Source of the DNA: Candidatus Iainarchaeum sp.
Lineage (GTDB): Archaea > Iainarchaeota > Iainarchaeia > Iainarchaeales > JAFCCW01
DNA: 17,208 nucleotides
Direction: 5' to 3'
Assembly (NCBI GenBank): GCA_017609985.1
Contig: JAFCCW010000016.1
Location: 1 to 17,208, forward strand
The notes under the pieces were generated by a model, which was given only the letters and a program-made list of their open reading frames with translations, did not search any database and was not told the origin of the DNA. Positions 1 through 7,364 of the stretch are shown here, in pieces (position 1 is the stretch's first letter; each line of letters starts with the position of its first letter). The position numbers and the translations under genes are program-made.

Positions 1-43
1 CAAGCACTGCAATGCCGAAAACAGCGGCAATTATTTTTCGCAT
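1..43 (-). CDS. 5' end of a gene running off the window; probable secreted or membrane protein
   Basis: ATG at 43 on the minus strand reads MRKIIAAVFGIAVL: basic N-terminus then a hydrophobic run (signal-peptide-like). Divergent from the gene at 113 across a TTTTTAAAA box. Only 14 codons are visible. Confidence 0.55.
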   Translation of the reverse strand, partial: MRKIIAAVFGIAVL

Positions 44-67
44 AACAGTTGAATTTGAATCAAATAG

Positions 68-76
68 TTTTTAAAA
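68..76. promoter_or_regulatory. TATA-like box in divergent intergenic region
   Basis: TTTTTAAAA lies ~25 bp from the ATG at 43 (-) and ~36 bp from the ATG at 113 (+), and is readable on both strands. Confidence 0.5.
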
Positions 77-112
77 GGCCAGCATACAATGAATAATTAC
101 GGTTGAATAATC

Positions 113-1360
113 ATGATTGTTTGCGTTGTCGGTCTTGGCTATGTCGGGCTCCCCCTTACTGTTGAATTCGGCAAAAAGATGAAATGCATTGGCTTTGATG
201 AGTGTAAAGAACGCATTAAAGAGCTTGCAGATGGAAGGGACAAAAATGAAGAAGTGAGCCTTGAAGAGCTTGAAAAAAGCAGGGTTGAGTTCAGTTCAGA
301 AGCAGAAAGGATTGGAGAAGCAGACTTTGTGATTGTTGCCGTGCCAACACCAATTGATGAAGAAAAAAAACCAGATTTGAAAGCTCTTGAACAAGCTTCG
401 GTGACTGTGGCAAAAAACATGAAATCAGGTTGCATTGTGATTTATGAAAGCACGGTCTGGCCTGGTGTAACTGAGGAAATATGCGTGCCGATTCTTGAAA
501 AGGAATCAGGCAGGACTGCTGGAAAAGAATTCAAAGTTGCCTATTCTCCTGAAAGAGTTAATCCAGGAGAAAGAGAGCATTCTCTTGCAAATGTTGTCAA
601 GATTGTGTCAGGAATGGACAAAGAAACAACTGAAAAAGTAAGAGAACTTTATGAAACAATAATTGAAGCGGGAATATATATCGCGCCGGACATCAAAACA
701 GCCGAGGCGGCAAAAGCAATTGAGAATGTTCAGAGAGACCTGAACATTGCGCTGGTGAATGAACTTTCAAAAATATTTAACAGGAACGGACTTGACACCG
801 AACAGGTTCTTAAGGCAGCTGGAACCAAGTGGAATTTCCATTCATACCAGCCGGGTCTTGTCGGGGGACACTGCATTCCAGTAGATCCTTATTATCTGGT
901 TGAAAAAGCAAAGAAATTAGGTTATGAGCCAAAAGTAATTCTTGCAGGCAGGGAAATAAACAATTCAATGGCTGAATTTGTTGCAGAGCTTGCTGAAAAG
1001 GGGATTAAAGAAACAGGGAAAAATATTAATGGTGCAAGAATTGCAGTGCTTGGTTTAACATTCAAGGAAAATGTCGGAGACGATAGAAATTCAGGCGCAA
1101 AAAAGCTTTCAGAAATTTTAGGAAAAAAAGGAGCAGAGGTTTTTGAAATTGACCCGTTTCTCAAAATTGGAAATATTAAAAAGCTTGAAAGCATTGACTG
1201 CTTTGTTTTGGCTGTACCCCACAAAAAGTTTGGAAAAAAAGAAAAGCTTCTTGAAACCATGGCTGAAAAAGCACGAAAGAACCCTGTTCTAATTGATGTC
1301 AAATGGTTTTTGTCAAGGGAAGAAGCAGAAAAAGCAGGATTCAATTACAAGCGACTTTGA
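113..1360 (+). CDS. UDP-N-acetylhexosamine 6-dehydrogenase (WbpO/TviB-like nucleotide-sugar dehydrogenase)
   Basis: GLGYVG Rossmann motif, VPTP, ESTV, SPERVNPG, K..EN.QRDLNIA, GTKWNF, catalytic Cys in GGHCIPVDPYY, GLTFKEN. Overlaps the convergent gene by 16 bp. Confidence 0.9.
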   Translation: MIVCVVGLGYVGLPLTVEFGKKMKCIGFDECKERIKELADGRDKNEEVSLEELEKSRVEFSSEAERIGEADFVIVAVPTPIDEEKKPDLKALEQASVTVAKNMKSGCIVIYESTVWPGVTEEICVPILEKESGRTAGKEFKVAYSPERVNPGEREHSLANVVKIVSGMDKETTEKVRELYETIIEAGIYIAPDIKTAEAAKAIENVQRDLNIALVNELSKIFNRNGLDTEQVLKAAGTKWNFHSYQPGLVGGHCIPVDPYYLVEKAKKLGYEPKVILAGREINNSMAEFVAELAEKGIKETGKNINGARIAVLGLTFKENVGDDRNSGAKKLSEILGKKGAEVFEIDPFLKIGNIKKLESIDCFVLAVPHKKFGKKEKLLETMAEKARKNPVLIDVKWFLSREEAEKAGFNYKRL

Positions 1361-2277
1361 AAGTAATCAAGAGTTTTTGACAATCCATTCTCTAGCTCAA
1401 TTTTTGGTTCCCAGCCGAGCTCCTTTCTTGCTGTGGAAATATCCGGCTTTCTTCGCACAGGATCGTCAGGCATTGCATTGGAAAAAGAAATTTCAGACTC
1501 GCTTTTAGTCAGTTTTTTGACTAGTTCAGCCACTTCAAGGATTGTTTTTTCGTTTGGATTACCAAGATTGACAGGGTTTTGATATCCTGAAGCCATTAGC
1601 TTGTGAAAACCATTGACCAAATCACTTACATGACAGAAAGAGCGAGTCTGCTTTCCGTCTCCAAAAATTGTGAGAGGTTTGCCTTTAAGCGCACTTGAAA
1701 TAAATGCGGGAACCACTCGCCCATCATCAGGCCTCATTCTTGCCCCATAGGTATTGAAGATTCTTGCAATCCTTAGGTCAAGACCGTGCTTTTCCTTGTA
1801 GGCATAGCAGAGTGCTTCGGAAAAACGCTTTCCTTCATCATAGCAGGCTCTCGGACCAAAACAGTTTACGTTTCCTAAATATGATTCTTTTTGAGGATGC
1901 TCAAGCGGATTGCCATAGACTTCACTTGAAGATGCTTGAAGAAAGGAAGCATTTTTGTCAACTGCAAGATCTAGCGCGTTCTTGACTCCTACTGAGTTTA
2001 CTCCAAGAATTTCCACGGGAATTTCTAAAAAATCAAGGGGTGATGCGGGAGACGCAAGATTGAAAATCTGTTTCACGGAACAATCAATTTCAAATGGATC
2101 GACAAGGTCTTGTTTGATAAATTCAAAGTCTTTGTTTTCTTTAAGATGAGCAATGTTTTCTTTGTTTCCAGTAACAAGACTGTCAATTGCAATAACCTGT
2201 TCTCCTTTTGAAAGAAGGAGTTCACAAAGATGGCTTCCGAGAAATCCGGAACCACCAGTTACAACAATTTTTTTCAT
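1345..2277 (-). CDS. UDP-glucuronate decarboxylase (UDP-xylose synthase, UXS-like SDR)
   Basis: TGGSGFLGSHL, NLASPASP, ASSSEVYG, GPRACYDEGKR, RIFNTYG.RM..DGRVV, QTRSFC and DDP.RRKPDI are UXS-family hallmarks. Confidence 0.92.
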   Translation of the reverse strand: MKKIVVTGGSGFLGSHLCELLLSKGEQVIAIDSLVTGNKENIAHLKENKDFEFIKQDLVDPFEIDCSVKQIFNLASPASPLDFLEIPVEILGVNSVGVKNALDLAVDKNASFLQASSSEVYGNPLEHPQKESYLGNVNCFGPRACYDEGKRFSEALCYAYKEKHGLDLRIARIFNTYGARMRPDDGRVVPAFISSALKGKPLTIFGDGKQTRSFCHVSDLVNGFHKLMASGYQNPVNLGNPNEKTILEVAELVKKLTKSESEISFSNAMPDDPVRRKPDISTARKELGWEPKIELENGLSKTLDYFQSRL

Positions 2278-2301
2278 TCAATCACTTCTTAAAATCGCGT
2301 T

Positions 2302-3243
2302 CTATTTTCCAAAATCACACCTTAAAGATTCAAGTGTTTTTGATAACCCTTCCTTAAGACTTGTTTGTGGTTGCCAGCTTAAAAGCTTTTCTGAAAGGGA
2401 GATGTCTGCAATTGCATTGTCAACATCTCCTGTTCTTTTTTCAAAGTACTCGGGTTTGCCCTTTGTTCCAAAAAGTTCTTGCACTAAATTAAAAAGTGCG
2501 GTTACTGAAGTTGAATTTCCTGAACCAATGTTAATTGCAACACCGTTAAGGTTTGCCTTAGACTGCATTGCAGCAAAATTTGCTTCAGCAACATCACCGG
2601 CAAAAACAAAGTCTCTTGTCTGCTCTCCGTTGCCGTGAATAACTGCTTTCTTTCCGGCAAGTGCAGACAAGACAAATGCAGGGATTACAGAACCGTATCC
2701 TCCTGAGCAATCCTGCCTTGGACCATAGACATTAAAGTATCTGAGCGAGACACAGTCAAGACCTTGTTTAGAAAATTCTGTGCAAATCTGTTCTCCAGCA
2801 AGCTTTGTTTCAGCATAGGGAGAGGCGGGAATAAGAGGAGAAGACTCACAAAGCGGCTGTTTTTTTTGTTCCCCATAAACAGAACATGAAGAAGCAAAAA
2901 CAAATTTTTTTATGTTTTTTTCAGCACAGGCTTCAAGAAGAGTTCTTGTTCCCTCTAAATTCACTTTTAGATACTTGTTTTTCATTTCAAAAGACTCGGG
3001 AACAGACCTGAGAGCTGCGAGATGAAAAACAGTTGTCTGGTTATCAAGAAGTTTGATGAAAGAATCTTTTTCAAGAATGCTTGCTTCACAAAAATCAATG
3101 CTGTTAATTATTTTAGAAATGTTTTCAATTCTGCCAGTGGACAGATTATCTACAACAGAAACTTTTATTCTCTTTGAAACAAGTTTTTCACACAAATGGC
3201 TTCCGATAAAACCTGCGCCACCGGTGACAAGTGCCTTGTTCAT
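2302..3243 (-). CDS. NAD-dependent nucleotide-sugar 4-epimerase (WbpP/GalE-like extended SDR)
   Basis: TGGAGFIGSH, HLAA..SV..S, SS.SVYG, YxxxK (YAETK), RYFNVYGPRQD, G.GEQTRDF. The start directly abuts the upstream TAA, with an SD-like GGGTGG before it. Confidence 0.88.
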   Translation of the reverse strand: MNKALVTGGAGFIGSHLCEKLVSKRIKVSVVDNLSTGRIENISKIINSIDFCEASILEKDSFIKLLDNQTTVFHLAALRSVPESFEMKNKYLKVNLEGTRTLLEACAEKNIKKFVFASSCSVYGEQKKQPLCESSPLIPASPYAETKLAGEQICTEFSKQGLDCVSLRYFNVYGPRQDCSGGYGSVIPAFVLSALAGKKAVIHGNGEQTRDFVFAGDVAEANFAAMQSKANLNGVAINIGSGNSTSVTALFNLVQELFGTKGKPEYFEKRTGDVDNAIADISLSEKLLSWQPQTSLKEGLSKTLESLRCDFGK

Positions 3244-3981
3244 TTATCCACCCAGCTCTTTTCTTGCCTGTTCAAGCATTTCAAGACTTCCAATGTCAAA
3301 CCAAGGTTTCTTGAAACTGTAGCCAAAAACAGCTTCTCTCTTATAAAGCCATTCAAGAAAGTAACCCGGAGCATCAGGATTGTTTCCCTCTTCCAAGTAT
3401 TCATTGAAGAGTCGAACTACTCGTGCAGGATAAAAATAGATTCCAATTGAAGCAAGTGTGCTCTTGGGAGTCTGGGGTTTTTCCTGAAAGCCAAGAACCT
3501 TTTTTGAAGCAGGATCAAGTTCCACTATTCCAAATCGCTTTGCGTCTTCAATGCTTTGAACATTGTATGCTCCGATTATTGCTGACTTTTTTTGAAGAAA
3601 GTAATTGTGCATTCCTTGAAGAGAAAAGTTGAATAAATTGTCTCCACTAATGTCGAGCAGGGCGTCGTCAATCTTTTTTTCCCTGATTGCAAATGCTTTG
3701 TCGCCAATTGCTCCTAAACGGTCCTCATTTGAAGTTGTTTTGTCATTGATTACTTCAAGAGCAGGATTGCAATCGTAGGCAGAACACCATTCTTCAAAAT
3801 GAGTGTGAAATTTTTCATTGGTAACGATGTATATTTTTGAAACAGTTTCAAGCTCTTCAATTCTGTCAATTATGTGACCAAGAATTGCCTTGCCTCCAAC
3901 TTCGAGCAATGGCTTTGGCTTGTCTTTTGTAAGTGGATAGAGACGGGTTGCATAACCTGCTGCCATTATGATTGCGTCCAT
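3244..3981 (-). CDS. Sugar-1-phosphate nucleotidyltransferase (short NTP_transferase family)
   Basis: AAGYATRLYPLT..PKPLL, GDN, EKP, WFDIG. Start moved from 3990 to the ATG at 3981 because AAGGTG (SD-like) lies 6 nt upstream of it. Confidence 0.88.
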   Translation of the reverse strand: MDAIIMAAGYATRLYPLTKDKPKPLLEVGGKAILGHIIDRIEELETVSKIYIVTNEKFHTHFEEWCSAYDCNPALEVINDKTTSNEDRLGAIGDKAFAIREKKIDDALLDISGDNLFNFSLQGMHNYFLQKKSAIIGAYNVQSIEDAKRFGIVELDPASKKVLGFQEKPQTPKSTLASIGIYFYPARVVRLFNEYLEEGNNPDAPGYFLEWLYKREAVFGYSFKKPWFDIGSLEMLEQARKELGG

Positions 3982-4036
3982 AAAAAACACCTTAAGCAGT
4001 CAGTGCAGAAGCACTTAAAAACTGCATAAAAATTAT

Positions 4037-4157
4037 ATTCCCATTCCAATATAATTGAATCGCCTGTTCCGTCAGGCACTCTGCTGAGCACAAGCGGCAC
4101 TGTTTCCCCATCTGCGAGGGGGATTTATTCAGATTCCCATTCCAATATAATTGAATC
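4037..4157. repeat. Perfect 25-bp direct repeat (4037-4061 and 4133-4157) flanking a 71-bp GC-rich insert
   Basis: ATTCCCATTCCAATATAATTGAATC occurs twice with a period of 96 bp. The right copy is the last codons of ugd. Confidence 0.97.
4056..4131 (+). other. Candidate structured RNA or small inserted element
   Basis: Three 5-bp hairpins plus a closing TGAAT/ATTCA stem, found by eye. The insert is 41/71 G+C, well above the surrounding sequence. Function unknown. Confidence 0.4.
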
Positions 4158-5418
4158 CCTTTGAAATCATTTCATTTCTTGAAAACAGGTTTCTTCCGTC
4201 AATCACAAGAGGCTGCTTGAGTAGTTTTTTGACTTTTTCAAAGTCAAGATTTTTGAATTCATCCCACTCGGTCACGATAACAAGAGCGTCAGCATTCTTC
4301 ATTGTGTCGTATGGTGTTTTGCAGTATTCAATGTCAGGAAAAATTTTCTTGACATTTTCTGCTGCCTCTGGATCATATGCAGATATTTTTGCACCATCTT
4401 CAAGAAGCGAACCAATAATGTCCACTGCAGGAGCTTCCCTTATGTCGTCAGTGTTTGGCTTGAATGCTAATCCAAGAATCGCAATCTTTTTATCGCGCAC
4501 TACCCACAGAGCATCCTGAATTTTTCTAGTGAAAATTTTTCTCTGCTCCTTGTTTAAGCTTTGAACATCGTTGAGCAGTGAAAAATTGCATTTGTGTTTT
4601 TCTCCGATTTTTACAAAAGCCTCTACATCTTTTGGAAAACAGCTCCCGCCATAACCAATTCCTGCGTTAAGGAAGCTTTTTCCAACACGCTTGTCGAGAC
4701 CCATTCCCAATGCAACCTCGTTTATGTCTGCGTTAACAGCGTCACACAAGTTTGCAACCATGTTTATGAAAGAAATTTTTGTCGCAAGGAAAGAATTGCT
4801 TGCATGCTTTATTATTTCCGCGCTCTCAATTGTTGTTTCAATAATTGGAGCATTAAGCGGTTTGTAAAGTTCATTCATTTTTTCTAGAGCTTCTTTGCTG
4901 CTTGAACCAATTACGATTCTGTCCGGCTTCATAAAGTCTTCAAGCGCAGAACCCTCTCGCAAAAATTCAGGATTGCTTACAACATCAAACTCTATATTGT
5001 GAGGATTGTTCTGTCGCAGAGTTTCCCTTACTTTTTCCCCTGTTTCAACTGGAACTGTGCTTTTGTCAACTATGATTTTTTTTTCTTTTGCAGCAGCAGC
5101 AATCTGTCTGGCAACATTTTCAACATAAAAAAGATCGCAATCTCCACATTTGTTCGGCGGGGTTCCAACGCATATGAAAATTAGTTCAGAGCTGTTCACT
5201 GCAGCATCAAGATTTGTTGTAAAAGAAAGCCTTTCTTCTTTCATGTTCTTTTTGATGAGCTCCTCCAAACCAGGTTCGTAAATTGGGACTTTTCCCTCAT
5301 TAAGCATCTTAATCTTTTTTTCATCAATATCAACGCACACAACATTGTTTCCAAGGTCAGCAAAACAGCCTCCGGAAACCAAACCTACATAGCCTGAACC
5401 TATTACCGCAATATTCAT
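4129..5418 (-). CDS. ugd: UDP-glucose 6-dehydrogenase
   Basis: GSGYVG, VGTP, KSTVP, SNPEFLREG, K..SN.FLATKISFIN, catalytic GYGGSCFPKD, GLAFKPNTDD.RE, DGRN. Start set at ATG 5418 behind SD GGAGG (5426-5430). Confidence 0.95.
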   Translation of the reverse strand: MNIAVIGSGYVGLVSGGCFADLGNNVVCVDIDEKKIKMLNEGKVPIYEPGLEELIKKNMKEERLSFTTNLDAAVNSSELIFICVGTPPNKCGDCDLFYVENVARQIAAAAKEKKIIVDKSTVPVETGEKVRETLRQNNPHNIEFDVVSNPEFLREGSALEDFMKPDRIVIGSSSKEALEKMNELYKPLNAPIIETTIESAEIIKHASNSFLATKISFINMVANLCDAVNADINEVALGMGLDKRVGKSFLNAGIGYGGSCFPKDVEAFVKIGEKHKCNFSLLNDVQSLNKEQRKIFTRKIQDALWVVRDKKIAILGLAFKPNTDDIREAPAVDIIGSLLEDGAKISAYDPEAAENVKKIFPDIEYCKTPYDTMKNADALVIVTEWDEFKNLDFEKVKKLLKQPLVIDGRNLFSRNEMISKGFNYIGMGI

Positions 5419-5436
5419 TTCAAAACCTCCATATCC

Positions 5437-5460
5437 TATTTTCATATTTTCATATTTTTA
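5437..5460. repeat. 8-bp unit x3 tandem repeat upstream of ugd
   Basis: TATTTTCA TATTTTCA TATTTTTA, located between an AT-rich box and the SD. Confidence 0.8.
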
Positions 5461-5465
5461 AAGTT

Positions 5466-6332
5466 TTAAACATTGCTGTGCGAGCGAATAAATTTTTCAA
5501 TCAAGATTTTTTCTCTGATAATTTCTTCAGCGGAAACGTCAAGACCGTGCTCGAGGACAAGCGGAATTCTGTTAAGATAATCAATTTTTGAAAGCGTTTT
5601 TAGTGGAAAATCATTAGGAATTGGAGCGTGCTGATCTATTTTTTTGTCTGCTCCCTCCTTTTCTGAAAAGTGCAGGTGCATTTGCCTTACCTGTTGATGG
5701 AGTGAGAGAAGTTCGACAAGATTGTCTTCAAACAAGGCGTGTCCAAGGTCCAAAAGCAGACCAACTGATGGAAATTCAGTAAAAACTTCTCTGAAATCTT
5801 CAACTGAACCAACCAATGGCAGAACAGTGGATTTGCAAAGATTTTCTATTGAAAAATTTGTGCCAATATCTTCTGCTTTTTTGACACATTCTTCAAGAAC
5901 AATGAAAAGATTCTGCATTGCCTTCTGCCTTGGAATCAGGCCCTGTTTTTTTGGAAAAGACATTCCCTTCTTGCCTGTTGAAAAAGAAACCTTGTTTAGG
6001 AAACCAGGGTGAATGCTCACCATCTCTGCTTCTGCGATTTCAGCAGCTGCAAATAATCCTTCAACAACCTTTTTGTTCTGGCTGGTTAAACCCTCTGAAG
6101 GATTGAACCAGAATTTTTCCTTCAACGGAGGAAACAGCCCGTGAACAGTAAACTTCATTTCAGGAAAATCATTCTTGACTTTTTTAACAGTGTCAAGTGC
6201 ATCCTTTTCAAAGTCGTGGGCTGCTCCAAGTTCACAGAGTTCAAAACCAAGCTGCCTTACTGACTCGACCGATGAATAGATTGAACGCTTTTGAAAAGCA
6301 TAATAACTAGAGCTTAAACCCAGTAGAGCCAT
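5466..6332 (-). CDS. Sugar phosphate isomerase/epimerase-family TIM barrel (AP endonuclease 2 / xylose isomerase-like)
   Basis: Metal-ligand pattern H, HPG, IEN, LDLGHA, MHLH, DQH, LE. Start set at ATG 6332, ~26 bp after TTTAA (6358-6362), which suggests a leaderless transcript. Confidence 0.8.
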   Translation of the reverse strand: MALLGLSSSYYAFQKRSIYSSVESVRQLGFELCELGAAHDFEKDALDTVKKVKNDFPEMKFTVHGLFPPLKEKFWFNPSEGLTSQNKKVVEGLFAAAEIAEAEMVSIHPGFLNKVSFSTGKKGMSFPKKQGLIPRQKAMQNLFIVLEECVKKAEDIGTNFSIENLCKSTVLPLVGSVEDFREVFTEFPSVGLLLDLGHALFEDNLVELLSLHQQVRQMHLHFSEKEGADKKIDQHAPIPNDFPLKTLSKIDYLNRIPLVLEHGLDVSAEEIIREKILIEKFIRSHSNV

Positions 6333-6425
6333 AAATGAAACACATTGCAAAAGTAGTTAAAGGCTTTCAATTCCACGAACGTACTAAGAAGCTATTTAAA
6401 GGATAAAGCACTACAAATTAAAGTT
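6333..6425. promoter_or_regulatory. Divergent promoter region
   Basis: TTTAA on the minus strand at 6358-6362, and TTTAAA preceded by purine-rich AAGAAG on the plus strand at ~6395-6400. Each is ~25 bp from an ATG. Confidence 0.6.
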
Positions 6426-7364
6426 ATGAAAAATTATGAAGAATTGCCTAATGAGTCTGAAAGCGAGTGCGAGTCCTGCAGGATAGAATTTCCCCCAGAG
6501 CTCAAAGCAAGAGCAGAAGCTGCGTTAAGGAAGGAGCGAGTGACAGTTAATCTTGATGGTCAACTCCTTTTCGAGCTTGATGCGCTGGTTTCCGCAAACG
6601 AATTCAGGAACAGGTCGCATGCAATGGAGTCCCTGATTAAGAAAGGAATAGGTGAGAGTGAGCTTGAAACAGCATTTATCCTTGCAGGCGGAAAGGGAAG
6701 CAAGCTGAGACCATTGACTTATGAAGTGCCAAAGGCAATGATTCCAGTCAAGGGCAAGCCAGTGCTTGAATACCTTGTTCAGCTTTTGGAAAAGCACAAA
6801 GTCAAAAACATAGTAATTGGAACAGGCTATCTTCATGAAAAGATTGAAAATCATTTCGGAAACGGTGAGAAATTTGGAGTGAACATTGCTTACAGCAGAG
6901 AAAACAAAAAGCTTGGAACCGGAGGCGCATTAAGAAAAGCGCGCGGTTTGCTGGGTGGAGAGCACGTGCTTGTAAGCAACGGAGACGAATTGAAGGATGT
7001 GAACATCACTGAAATGCACAACGCACATGTCGAGTCAGGAGCAACAGCAACAATGGCATTGACTACGGCAGAAAACTCAGAGGATTTTGGAAATGTGCGA
7101 ATGGAAGGAAGCAGAGTTGTAGAATTTGTTGAAAAGCCAAAAAAAACAGAGCCAGGAATGCTGGTAAGCGCTGGCTTATACATAATGAATCGTTCTGTGC
7201 TTCAAAACATTCCCAAAAGCAAAGCAAGTCTTGAAAAGGACCTTTTTCCAAAGCTTGCTGAAACAGGAGAACTTTCAGGATTTGTTTTTGGAGGCCAGTT
7301 TTTGACAGCAGACACGCCTGAAAGATATGAAAAAGCAATTAAGCACTGGGGGGGAATTAAGTGA
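6426..7364 (+). CDS. Ribbon-helix-helix (NikR/CopG-like) domain fused to a sugar-phosphate nucleotidyltransferase domain
   Basis: aa ~36-75 KERVTVNLDGQLLFELDALV...RNRSHAMESLI fit the RHH pattern. From aa 82: ILAGGKGSKLRPLT..PK, LGTGGA, NGD, FVEKP. Confidence 0.88.
   Translation: MKNYEELPNESESECESCRIEFPPELKARAEAALRKERVTVNLDGQLLFELDALVSANEFRNRSHAMESLIKKGIGESELETAFILAGGKGSKLRPLTYEVPKAMIPVKGKPVLEYLVQLLEKHKVKNIVIGTGYLHEKIENHFGNGEKFGVNIAYSRENKKLGTGGALRKARGLLGGEHVLVSNGDELKDVNITEMHNAHVESGATATMALTTAENSEDFGNVRMEGSRVVEFVEKPKKTEPGMLVSAGLYIMNRSVLQNIPKSKASLEKDLFPKLAETGELSGFVFGGQFLTADTPERYEKAIKHWGGIK

Noticed and set aside
4056-4131. tRNA gene
   Set aside because: Cloverleaf-like size, but no TTC T-loop, no 7-bp acceptor stem and no 7-nt anticodon loop on either strand.
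4033-4131. TGA read-through or recoding extending Ugd to the in-frame second copy
   Set aside because: The 96-bp period is in frame and both intervening stops are TGA, but two read-through events would be needed. TGA is an ordinary stop for other genes here and I see no recognisable SECIS.
4062-4132. Hammerhead or HDV-like ribozyme
   Set aside because: Only partial resemblance (CTGCTGA on +; CCTCGC...GGGGAAAC on -). The required core and pairings could not be assembled by eye.
4037-4157. Minimal CRISPR array (25-bp repeats ending ATTGAATC)
   Set aside because: Only two repeats, one of which is ugd coding sequence. The 71-bp spacer is too long and there are no cas genes in the window.
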